A stretch of 64,000 bases of DNA from Microbacterium sp. (GTDB lineage: Bacteria > Actinomycetota > Actinomycetes > Actinomycetales > Microbacteriaceae), in the NCBI RefSeq assembly GCF_036566905.1, contig NZ_DATCVK010000169.1:120-64119 (forward strand), written 5' to 3'. The translations under genes and the position numbers were made by a program. Below are positions 39,510 to 48,165 of this stretch, piece after piece. Under the pieces are notes generated by a model. The model made no database searches. It was not told the origin of the DNA and was given only the letters and a program-made list of their open reading frames with translations. How positions within the stretch are numbered: position 1 is the stretch's first letter; every line of letters begins with the position of its first letter.

Positions 39510-42500
39510 CTACTTCGACACGGTCACCTTGAGCGGTGCGCTCACCGTCGTCCCCGCCGCGTTGATGAACTCGACGGTGTAGGTGTACGTGCCCTTCGCC
39601 TTGCCCGTGATCGGGAGCGTCGCGCGCTGGGCGTCTGGCGAGGCCGCTGTCAGCGGGCCCGAGGCGACCTCGGCGCCGTTCTCGAGGAACCGGTACGAGG
39701 TGGCGTTCGTGCCCCACCACAGGTCCGCCGTGACGACGTACTTGCCGTCGCCGTCCTTATTGTCGGCCGAGAGGACCGGCTTCGCCGGTGCCGCGTCGGT
39801 GACCTTCACCGTGAGCGGCTGGGTCGCGGTCGTGCCCTTCGAGTTCAGCAGCTCGCCGGTGAAGACGTAGGTGCCGTTCGGAAGGTCGGCGATGTCGACG
39901 ACCGCGCGCTGCGCGCCCGGCGTCATCATCGTGAGCGGCACCTTGGCGACGAGCTCACCGTCGCGGTAGAGCTTGAACAGCGAGCCGTTCTCACCCCACC
40001 ACAGGTTCATCGTGACCTGGAATGTGCCGTCCTTGAGGCCGGTGTCCCAGCCGTCGTTCGACGAGAGCACGCCCTTGGCCGGAGCCGTCTTCGCGCCGTC
40101 GTCGGACGCGACCTCGGGAAGAGCGACGGATGCCGTGGCCACCGACCGCGCGCCCTCGCCGAGGACGTTCACACCGGCCACCTCGTACGCGTGCGTCGTG
40201 CCGAGCTCCAGCGCCTTCACCGTGCAGCTCGTGGCGCTGGTCTCGCATACGGCTTCGGTCCCACCGGCCTCATAGACGCGGTACCCGGTGAATCCCGGCC
40301 CGGTGAGGGCCGAGGCATCCCACGAGACGGTGATCGAGGTGTCGCCCGCGAGAGCCGCTGTCGCGTTCTGCGGCGCCCCCGGGAGCGTCTGGTCGGCGAC
40401 GGCCAGCCACGAGATGACCGGCTTCTCACTGCCGGCTCCCTCGTTGGTCACCAGGTAGTCGACCGTGGCCGGCGCGGTGAGCGTGAAGGTGAGCGGGGCC
40501 GCGATCGGCGTGTTCGAGCCCGACAGCGGAACGCTACCCTTGGCGAGCTCCGTGCCACCGACCGACACCGTCTGGTACATCGAGCGGTTCACGCCCCACC
40601 ACTCGGTGAACCCACCGGTGAGGGTGTACGTGCCCGCATCGAGCGGCAGCCGGTAGACGAGCTTCGTCGTGTCCTGGTAGAGACCCGTCGAGTACTTGTC
40701 GTTGATGTCGGTGGTGCCCTTCGTCTTCATGCCGTCGGCGACGTAGCCCCACTGGTCGGCGGCCGTCGAGACCTGGTCGACCTTGTCGTTGCGCAGGCTC
40801 ACCGCGTCGGCGACCGCCGTGTACTGCGGCGAGGCCGCACCGCTCGTACCCGCGTCGATGTAGTACACCAGCGCCGGAGGAACGATCTCGAAGCCCGCCA
40901 CGACCGCTTGATCGGTATCGGTCAGGCGACCGGTCACGGTGAGCTTGGCGTACTCGGTGCGGGGCTGCGCGGCGGACGCGGCATCCCACTCCACGGCCCG
41001 TTCGGTACCCGCGACGTCGACCGTCTCGGGCAGATCGTCCTCGACCCCGAGAGCGCCCTGCACCCCGAGATCGCGCGGCAGGCTCTGCACGTAGACCAGC
41101 GCGAGGCGGGCGTTGTAACCGCTCGTGCCGGTGGTGCCGAACTCGAGATCGACCACCGAGTCGGCGTCGATCGTCAGCGTCTGCGCCACCGGCGTGGCCG
41201 ATCCCGTCGACACCGCGGTCTTCGTGGTCTCGGTGCCGGCGACCTTGACCTTGGAGTAGACGTTGGTCGTGAGGCCCGCGCGCGGCGCCTGCACGCCCAC
41301 GATGTTGTACGAGCCCGCGGGCAGCGTGAGGTGGTAGGTGACGGGCTTGCTGAAGTCGGCGCCGACGTACGACGAGCCCCAATCCTGCGGCGTGCCGGCC
41401 GCCAGGGTCGTGGCGGACGTGGAGTAGCCCCACGTCTCGCCGGCCGTCGTGCCGTCCCACTTCTGGTCGCTCGTGTCGTTGCGCAGGTCGGGGAAGGATG
41501 CGACAGCGGCGGCGTACACCGATCCGTCCGGCGCACCCGAGGAGCCCGAGTCGATGAAGTACTCGAGGTCGGCCGGCACGACGAGGACCGTGGCGCTGAA
41601 GCGCTGGTACACACCCGACGACAGCTTCTCGGTCGAACGGCCCGTCGCGGCGAAGGTGCCGAGCTCGGCCGTCGTCTTCGCGGCGGCGACGGAGCCGAGG
41701 CTCCAGGTGACCTTCGCCTCGACACCCGCGAGCGTGAGCTCGGCCGGCAGCGTGCGATCGGTCGACGTGATCGACACCACACCGAGGCTGGTCACATCGG
41801 CACTGACGTCCTTGGGCGTCAGACCGTCGGCCGCGGCCGTGAGCCGTGCGGCGAGCGCCGCCGCGCCTTCGGCGTCGAGACCGTACGCCCCCGCATCGGC
41901 GACGGCGGAGGTCGCGTCGGCGAGCACCGCCGCGAACACGGCCCACGTCTCGGCGCTGTACTCGCTCTCGTCCAGGCCCATCACGGTGTCGATCGCGGCG
42001 GCGAGCGCCGTGGTGTCCACCGCGGCGGAGTCGGCGGTCGCCGTGATCACGCCCACGGCGTCGACATTGATCGATGCGTCGTTCGCGGTCTTGATGACGA
42101 CGGTGTGCGCGGCATCCTCGAGCCCGCGGAGGATGAACGTCGTCCGCTCGCTTCCCGCGGCGAACGTGGGCGCCGCAGCCGCGATCGGCACACCGTCCAC
42201 GCTCACATCGAGTGTCGTCGCCCCGCCGTTGGTGCCGATGATGTCGAGGCCGGTGCCGGTGAACGTGTACGTCATCGCGGCGCCCTTGGCCGTGCTCTTC
42301 GAGGCGGTGCGCTGCCACTCGAACATGCCCTGGCCGTTCACGTGGCTCCAGCTCGCATCGAAGGTCAGCACCGGTACGGAGCGGTCTTCCCAGCTGGTCT
42401 GGTGCATGCCGTCGATGATCGTGGCGTAGTACGGCGTGTACCCGGGCACGGTCTCGACCTTCAGGTTGTCGAACTGCACGAAGCTGAAGCTCGAGCCCAG

Positions 42501-44963
42501 CTGGATCCGGCCGGCGGCCTGCGGTGCGGCATCCGTGTAGGTCGCCACCTGCACGCCGTTGACGTATGCCGTGTAGACAGAACCGGCGACCTTGACCGCG
42601 ATGTTGTTCCACACGCCCGCGCCGGTCTTGAAGCCGGCGGCCGGTGTGCTCGCGACCGAGCCGGTCGACAACGTGGCGCCGAAGCGCATGAAGGTCCAGC
42701 CGCCGGTCGGGTCGATCTTCAGCTCCGCGGCCGAGACGCTTTGGCCGTTGGCCGTGCCGCCCTGTTCGCGCGCGCCGATCGTCGCGTACTGCGATCCGGT
42801 CGCCTCGAACAGCACGTCCGACGAGACGGTGTAGTTCGTCCAGCGCGCGTCGCCGATCGTGGTCTTGGGGTCACCGGCGTTCCACGCTCCGCCCGCCATG
42901 CCCGGGCCCACCTGCTGGCGAAGCACCCGGTCGTGCGCGGCATCCGTGGTCGCGACGGACTCGAACGCACCGTTCGTGTCGTTCGTGTAGCGGGGCGTCG
43001 CGCCGTAGTCCTCGCTCTGCACCGCGGGCGTTCCCGCGGGCTTGGCCTCGGCGCCGCGGCTGTCGAGGTACGACTGGCCCGAATCGACCAGCTGGCCGGT
43101 CGCCGGGTCGTACCCCTCGATCGTGCCCTCTTCGCTGTAGTCGAAGTCGTCGGCGTAGATGAATTCGTCGTCGGTCACGCCGTTGACGTTTCCGCTCGCG
43201 TCGGTGTCGAGCACGTCGCGTCCGCCGTCGGCGTCGGTGTACTCCTCGGACGTGGGCAGCGAGCTGCCGTAGCCGTCCTTGGCGGTGAGAGCGCCGCCCG
43301 CTCCCGCCGTCGCGTGGTCCAGCGTCGTGACGGTGAGCGCCGACCACGGCTTGACCGTGACGGTGTAGGCGCCGTCGGCGGCGGGCGTGAGCTCACCGAC
43401 AGGCTTCAGGTAGTTCGCGTCGTACGCCTGCCCCGCATCGGCGGCGCGGGTCTCCCAGAGCTCGGCGGTCTGATCGGACCCGAGGCTGAGGCCGTTCGCG
43501 ACGATGCGATACGTCTTCGTGAATTTGCTGTCGTTGATGATGACCGTCGAGAAGTCCGACGCGTCGGGGGCTGCGAGGGTCGTGTACGACGCCCCGCCCG
43601 CACGCGCTCCGCTCGGCGGATTGCCGGTGCCGAGCTCGCTCTTCGAGGCCTGCGGGATGGCCCGCCAGATTCCGGCGGTGTTGTCGACGTTCTCCCACCC
43701 GAGCTTCGCGAACTGGGTGAACTGCTCGATCACGGCCAGACCGCCGTCGTAGTACATCCAGCCCGACCACGGGTCGCGGGCGTTGACGAGCTCCTTGGAC
43801 GAATACTGGAACCCGTCGTAGAACGAGCCGATGGCGGGCTGGAAGATGTTCAGCGTCCGGCGTGAGGCGGAGAAGCCGGTGGTGACCCAGTTTCCCATCT
43901 CGAGCGCGCTGTTGGTGCCGCCGAACTGGGTGCCGACGCCGCCCTGCTCGTCACTGGCGTTGTTGTTGGGGCGGTCGGCCGAGCTCGAGAACGTCGACTG
44001 GCCCTCCGAGTTCCAGACCTCCTTGTCGAGCTGCTCGGCGATCTTCTTCATGTTGCCGGCGCTGTCATCGGCGCTGGAGTAGTGGAATCCGACGACGTCG
44101 ACGGCGTCGCGCAGCGACGAGTCGGTGGCCGAGGTCATCGCGTTGCCGAACGACACCGGCGGCGTGCCGACCGTGTCGGCGGCGACGGTCTGGATGGCGT
44201 GGTAGAGGTTCTTCTCCTCGTCCGAGGCGAAGCCGTTGTTGGGGTCGGACGCGCCGGCGCCCTCGTATCCGGCGGTGTCGGCCGCGACCCAGGCGGAGAA
44301 GTTCTTGTACAGCTGGATGTTCGGGCTGCTGGTCTCGTTCGTGTCGGGGTTGATCGAGTCGACCATCACCCCGTACTCGCGGTACGCGGCCAGCACGGTG
44401 TTCTTGAACCAGATGTACTGGTCGGCGTCGTTGGCGACCCACGCCGGGCGGTTCCAGCGCAGGAGGCTGAGGTGCACGTCGCCGTGGGCGACGAGCTGCG
44501 CGTCGGCCGCGAGCTGGAAGCCCGGCTCGCGGTGCACGTTGGGATACTCGTCGCGCGTGCGCATGGTCGACGCGTTGGGGCCGGTCGAGGTGTTGCGGTC
44601 GTTGCCCATCTCGATCTTGACCGTGGTCATGATCGGGTGGTCGCCTCCGAAGAGCGTCTCGATCAGCTCCCAGTACTTGTCGGGATGCTGCGACTTGTAG
44701 TCGAGGAGGAGCGCGCTGGTCGAGTTGGCCGAGAGCACGCCGAAGCCCTTGAAGGTGAGCCCGTTCTTGTTCAGCGCGGCCGCCGCGACGTCGGCGCCGG
44801 TGACGTTCACCACGACCGGGTCGGTCACGGCCGCCTGCGCCATGGTCGGCACCGCGAGCGGGGCTACGATGACCGCGGCGGTCACGGCCGCCGCCAGCGC
44901 GATCCTCAGTCTCCGCGGTGGCTTCTGAGCGTCCTTCGGACGAGGTGTCCCTGCCTGCGACAT
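39510..44963 (-). CDS. Secreted multi-domain glycoside hydrolase, GH59 (galactocerebrosidase)-like, 1817 aa
   Basis: Signal peptide ending AQA; FKGFGVLSANSTSALLLDY, KIEMGNDRNTSTG, DTNET, EVWNSEG; then beta-sandwich, FIVAR-like, two internal repeats, FN3 and two (N/D)LWWGxN domains. Confidence 0.8.
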   Translation of the reverse strand: MSQAGTPRPKDAQKPPRRLRIALAAAVTAAVIVAPLAVPTMAQAAVTDPVVVNVTGADVAAAALNKNGLTFKGFGVLSANSTSALLLDYKSQHPDKYWELIETLFGGDHPIMTTVKIEMGNDRNTSTGPNASTMRTRDEYPNVHREPGFQLAADAQLVAHGDVHLSLLRWNRPAWVANDADQYIWFKNTVLAAYREYGVMVDSINPDTNETSSPNIQLYKNFSAWVAADTAGYEGAGASDPNNGFASDEEKNLYHAIQTVAADTVGTPPVSFGNAMTSATDSSLRDAVDVVGFHYSSADDSAGNMKKIAEQLDKEVWNSEGQSTFSSSADRPNNNASDEQGGVGTQFGGTNSALEMGNWVTTGFSASRRTLNIFQPAIGSFYDGFQYSSKELVNARDPWSGWMYYDGGLAVIEQFTQFAKLGWENVDNTAGIWRAIPQASKSELGTGNPPSGARAGGASYTTLAAPDASDFSTVIINDSKFTKTYRIVANGLSLGSDQTAELWETRAADAGQAYDANYLKPVGELTPAADGAYTVTVKPWSALTVTTLDHATAGAGGALTAKDGYGSSLPTSEEYTDADGGRDVLDTDASGNVNGVTDDEFIYADDFDYSEEGTIEGYDPATGQLVDSGQSYLDSRGAEAKPAGTPAVQSEDYGATPRYTNDTNGAFESVATTDAAHDRVLRQQVGPGMAGGAWNAGDPKTTIGDARWTNYTVSSDVLFEATGSQYATIGAREQGGTANGQSVSAAELKIDPTGGWTFMRFGATLSTGSVASTPAAGFKTGAGVWNNIAVKVAGSVYTAYVNGVQVATYTDAAPQAAGRIQLGSSFSFVQFDNLKVETVPGYTPYYATIIDGMHQTSWEDRSVPVLTFDASWSHVNGQGMFEWQRTASKSTAKGAAMTYTFTGTGLDIIGTNGGATTLDVSVDGVPIAAAAPTFAAGSERTTFILRGLEDAAHTVVIKTANDASINVDAVGVITATADSAAVDTTALAAAIDTVMGLDESEYSAETWAVFAAVLADATSAVADAGAYGLDAEGAAALAARLTAAADGLTPKDVSADVTSLGVVSITSTDRTLPAELTLAGVEAKVTWSLGSVAAAKTTAELGTFAATGRSTEKLSSGVYQRFSATVLVVPADLEYFIDSGSSGAPDGSVYAAAVASFPDLRNDTSDQKWDGTTAGETWGYSTSATTLAAGTPQDWGSSYVGADFSKPVTYHLTLPAGSYNIVGVQAPRAGLTTNVYSKVKVAGTETTKTAVSTGSATPVAQTLTIDADSVVDLEFGTTGTSGYNARLALVYVQSLPRDLGVQGALGVEDDLPETVDVAGTERAVEWDAASAAQPRTEYAKLTVTGRLTDTDQAVVAGFEIVPPALVYYIDAGTSGAASPQYTAVADAVSLRNDKVDQVSTAADQWGYVADGMKTKGTTDINDKYSTGLYQDTTKLVYRLPLDAGTYTLTGGFTEWWGVNRSMYQTVSVGGTELAKGSVPLSGSNTPIAAPLTFTLTAPATVDYLVTNEGAGSEKPVISWLAVADQTLPGAPQNATAALAGDTSITVSWDASALTGPGFTGYRVYEAGGTEAVCETSATSCTVKALELGTTHAYEVAGVNVLGEGARSVATASVALPEVASDDGAKTAPAKGVLSSNDGWDTGLKDGTFQVTMNLWWGENGSLFKLYRDGELVAKVPLTMMTPGAQRAVVDIADLPNGTYVFTGELLNSKGTTATQPLTVKVTDAAPAKPVLSADNKDGDGKYVVTADLWWGTNATSYRFLENGAEVASGPLTAASPDAQRATLPITGKAKGTYTYTVEFINAAGTTVSAPLKVTVSK

Positions 44964-45092
44964 CGCAGTCTCCGTTTCCCTGGGCTTCCCACGTGCGCTC
45001 GCGAACCCGGGCCGGCTTCGACGCACGAAAGGGCACAACCGCGTGCCCGCGACGAAATCCTGCAACGAGAGGGAAGGATGCCGGTACCGAAC

Positions 45093-45134
45093 CGAACACA
45101 CTTGATCACTCTTGAACCGACTCGAACACACTTG
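45093..45134. promoter_or_regulatory. Direct repeat operator candidate
   Basis: CGAACACACTTG at 45093 and 45123 (30-bp period) between the divergent GH and regulator genes; a TACGCT -10-like hexamer follows. Confidence 0.6.
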
Positions 45135-45149
45135 TACGCTGAGGCGATC

Positions 45150-46256
45150 ATGGAGCCGCCCATCGATCCACCCGCCTTCGGCCTTTCGCGCCGCGAGCAC
45201 ATCCTCGACGAGCTGCGCCGGACCGGGTCGGTCCGCGTCGCCGAGCTCGCCCGGGAGCTGCGCGTGTCCGAGCTCACGATCCGCCGGGACATCGGCCACC
45301 TGGCCGACCGGGGCCTCGTCACCCGGGTCCACGGCGGCGCGACGCTGCGCAGCCGCCTCGACACGACCGTGCCCGCGTCGTCGGCGGGGGCGCCTATTCG
45401 CTTCCGCGTCGGCATGGTGGTGCCGTCGCTCAGCTACTACTGGCCGCACGTCATCATCGGAGCCCGTGCGGCCGCCACCGACCTCGGTGTCCAGCTCATC
45501 CTGCGCGGCGCGAGCTACTCGGTCGACGACCAGCGCCGCCAGATCTCCTCGCTCGTCGAATCGGGCAGCCTCCACGGCCTGATCGTGGCGCCCGAGACGC
45601 TCGGAGCCGACGGGCGTGCGCTGCTGCACTGGCTCGAGGCGCTGCCGATCCCCGTCGTGCTGGCCGAGCGCCGCGTGCCGTCGACGCTCGCGCTCACCAG
45701 CCTCGAGTGGGTCACGACCGACCACGTCTTCGGCGGCTCGCTGGCCGCCGATCACCTGGCCGCGCTCGGCCACCGCCGCGTCGGCATCCTCACCTCCGCC
45801 GGCTCCCCCACCTCGTGGCAGCTGCGCCGGGGCTGGGACCGTGCCGTGGCGGAGCTGGGCCTCGAGTGCCTCGTCGACGTCGATGCGACGCTCGACGCGC
45901 TGGACGGCGTGGCCCGCGAAGCCCTCATCGCCGACCTCCTCGGACGCTGCCGCGAGACCTCGACCACCGCCCTGCTGATCCACAACGACCCTCAGGCCGT
46001 GCTGCTGGAGCAGTACGCCCGCGACCATGGCTGGTCGATCCCCGACGACCTGGCGATCGTCGCGTACGACGACGAGGTCGCACAGAGCGCCGAACCCGCC
46101 ATCACGGCGCTCCGCCCGCCGAAGCAGCAGGTGGGGCGCCTCGCCGTCGAGACGATGGTCGCGCGCCTCAGCGAGGGGGCGCGGCGCCCGGTGCAGCGCG
46201 TGCACCTCCTTCCCGAGCTGCTGCCTCGCGACTCGACGGTGCGCACCTCGCTCTGA
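45150..46256 (+). CDS. DeoR-HTH / LacI-type sugar-binding hybrid regulator
   Basis: RREHILDEL...VSELTIRRDI...RVHGGA (DeoR HTH) fused to a LacI-like domain (HLAALGHRRV, IPDDLAIVAYDD, PAITAL). Confidence 0.9.
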   Translation: MEPPIDPPAFGLSRREHILDELRRTGSVRVAELARELRVSELTIRRDIGHLADRGLVTRVHGGATLRSRLDTTVPASSAGAPIRFRVGMVVPSLSYYWPHVIIGARAAATDLGVQLILRGASYSVDDQRRQISSLVESGSLHGLIVAPETLGADGRALLHWLEALPIPVVLAERRVPSTLALTSLEWVTTDHVFGGSLAADHLAALGHRRVGILTSAGSPTSWQLRRGWDRAVAELGLECLVDVDATLDALDGVAREALIADLLGRCRETSTTALLIHNDPQAVLLEQYARDHGWSIPDDLAIVAYDDEVAQSAEPAITALRPPKQQVGRLAVETMVARLSEGARRPVQRVHLLPELLPRDSTVRTSL

Positions 46257-46280
46257 CGACGGCGGGCCCCTCCCCCCGAT

Positions 46281-46304
46281 CGGATGCCGGCGGTGCGGCA
46301 TCCG
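46281..46304. terminator. Hairpin built from the GGATGCC motif
   Basis: CGGATGCCG-gcggtg-CGGCATCCG, about 25 nt after the regulator stop codon. Confidence 0.5.
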
Positions 46305-46367
46305 TGACCCGCCCGTTGCACTTGTCCTGCGCCTGTGTCCGAGCTCTGGTTCGAGCGTGGCGCCACT

Positions 46368-46401
46368 GTGGAACTCCTGTTACCGAGGTCTCCGTAGCGT
46401 C
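46368..46401 (+). promoter_or_regulatory. Promoter motif copy 1 (tasA-like gene)
   Basis: GTGG-N5-CTGTTACC-N8-CGTAGCGTC; same layout as 48105-48138. Confidence 0.55.
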
Positions 46402-46443
46402 TTCATCAACGGAAAACACCTCGTCAGAACAGGAACCCGCACG

Positions 46444-47007
46444 ATGAACACCACCGCTCTCCCGGCACCGGCCGCCGCGCCCGCTCGTTCGCGCAAGCGC
46501 ATCCTCATCCCGCTCGCGGGGCTTCTCGTCGCCGGTGCCATCGCCGTGGGCTCGGGTGCCGACTTCGTCGCGAACTCGGTCAACACGAACAACGCGTACA
46601 GCACGGGCACGCTGGCACAGACGAACTCCAAGGCCAACACCGCGATCTTCAATCTGACCAACCTCAAGCCGGGCGACACGCTCAACGGCAAGGTCACCAT
46701 CACGAACTCCGGCACGCTGCCCGCCGGCTTCACCCTCAGCGAGAGCGCCGTGAACGGCTTCGCCAGCAAGGACAACCTGACGCTCACGATCAGCACCGGC
46801 GGAGCCACCGTCTGGACCGGCACGTTCGGCGCGCTGACCACCGGCGCCCCCGTCGCCCTCGGCACCTTCGCCGCCGGCGAGGCGCGCGAGTACACCTTCA
46901 GCGTCACGCTGGCACAGTCGGCCGGCAACGAGGAGCAGGGCAAGACCGCCACCGCGACCTACACGTGGAACTCCACGCAGACGGCCGCCACGACGACCGA
47001 GCAGTGA
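46444..47007 (+). CDS. TasA/CalY (camelysin, M73)-like protein with SipW-type signal peptide
   Basis: RKR, hydrophobic helix, GSGA|DF; GTL; NLKPGDT...VTITNSGTL; NEEQGKTATATYTW; adjacent to SipW. Confidence 0.85.
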   Translation: MNTTALPAPAAAPARSRKRILIPLAGLLVAGAIAVGSGADFVANSVNTNNAYSTGTLAQTNSKANTAIFNLTNLKPGDTLNGKVTITNSGTLPAGFTLSESAVNGFASKDNLTLTISTGGATVWTGTFGALTTGAPVALGTFAAGEAREYTFSVTLAQSAGNEEQGKTATATYTWNSTQTAATTTEQ

Positions 47008-47033
47008 CCCGAGCTGGGGGAGGGGAACACGAC

Positions 47034-47603
47034 ATGAGCGCCGCGAGAACGTTCCAGCGACTCGGCAACGCCGCGATCACCGTCGCCGCGATCATCGCCA
47101 CGATCGTCGCGGCGCTCATGTTCGTGCCCGGTCTCATGGGCCTGGACCGCTACGTCATCACGGGCGGGTCGATGTCGGGCACCTTCGAGCGTGGAGCGCT
47201 CGTGTTCGAACGCCAGGTCCCGGTCGCCGATCTCCGGATCGGCGACGTGATCACCTACCTCCCCCCGGCCGACTCGGGCCTCACCGAGCTGGTCACCCAC
47301 CGCATCGTCGCCATCGACCCGAACCCCGGCGGCGGAGCCGCTCCGCTGCTGCGCACCCAGGGCGACGCGAACGCCGACATCGACCCCTGGACCTTCACCC
47401 TCGCCGACACGGTCCAGCCCCGCGTCGTGGGATGGGTGCCTGTCGTGGGGTGGGTCTTCATCGCACTGTCGGACACCCGCATCCGGATGCTCGCCATCGG
47501 CGTGCCCGCCGTCATCATCGCCCTGCTGTTCCTCCGCGACCTCGTACGCGGCGCCTCACGACGCCGCGACGAATCCGCTCCGGCGCCCGCCGCCGCCCAC
47601 TGA
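47034..47603 (+). CDS. sipW: Signal peptidase I, SipW/ER-type (S26B)
   Basis: ITGGSM (Ser), GDVITY, VTHRIV (His), TQGDAN...DPW; N- and C-terminal TMs. Confidence 0.88.
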   Translation: MSAARTFQRLGNAAITVAAIIATIVAALMFVPGLMGLDRYVITGGSMSGTFERGALVFERQVPVADLRIGDVITYLPPADSGLTELVTHRIVAIDPNPGGGAAPLLRTQGDANADIDPWTFTLADTVQPRVVGWVPVVGWVFIALSDTRIRMLAIGVPAVIIALLFLRDLVRGASRRRDESAPAPAAAH

Positions 47604-47687
47604 TCTCGCGGGCCGGCACTCGCCGCGCAGGCCCCACCGACCTTCCCGCACCGACCGACCCGACGGTCATCGTCCTCAGAGCTCCTC

Positions 47688-48080
47688 ATGTTCCGCACCC
47701 GCGTTCCCGCACGCCGCCTGCTCGCGGGCGGCACCACCGGCGTCCTCCTCGCCGTCTCCGTCCTCCATCTGGCCGCGGCCGCCACCGGCGATCCCGGTCG
47801 GAATTCCGCCGCGATGGTCTCCGCCGCCCTCGGCGTCGCCGGACTCGTCACAGTCGGGCGACTGATCGCCGTCCGCTGCTTCGAGTCTCGGCTCGCGATC
47901 GTGCTGATCGGTGGCGCGACGCTCCTCGGCGTGTGGCTCACCCACACCATCGGCGCACCGGGTTCGGCACCCGTCTCGTGGAGCGCGCGCGATGCCCTCC
48001 TCACGGTGCTGGCCGCCGGTCTCGCCGCCTCGTGGCCCGCCACGGCGGCCGCTCGCACGGGAGACGCCTGCCGGCGCTGA
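47688..48080 (+). CDS. Hypothetical 4-TM membrane protein
   Basis: 130 aa, hydrophobic, CFESRL motif; lies within the sipW locus. Confidence 0.55.
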   Translation: MFRTRVPARRLLAGGTTGVLLAVSVLHLAAAATGDPGRNSAAMVSAALGVAGLVTVGRLIAVRCFESRLAIVLIGGATLLGVWLTHTIGAPGSAPVSWSARDALLTVLAAGLAASWPATAAARTGDACRR

Positions 48081-48104
48081 TTGTGGATGCGGTGAGGCCC
48101 TGCC

Positions 48105-48138
48105 GTGGCATGGCTGTAACCCGCCCGCGCGTAGCGTC
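48105..48138 (+). promoter_or_regulatory. Promoter motif copy 2 (Ig-repeat gene)
   Basis: GTGG-N5-CTGTAACC-N8-CGTAGCGTC. Confidence 0.55.
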
Positions 48139-48165
48139 GAGAACGCACCACCGAAGGAGAACCCG

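Noticed and set aside
44964-46301. N-terminal extension of the 2263-aa ORF
   Set aside because: It is antisense to the DeoR-LacI regulator; the signal peptide and an RBS-like GGAG point to a start at 44963.
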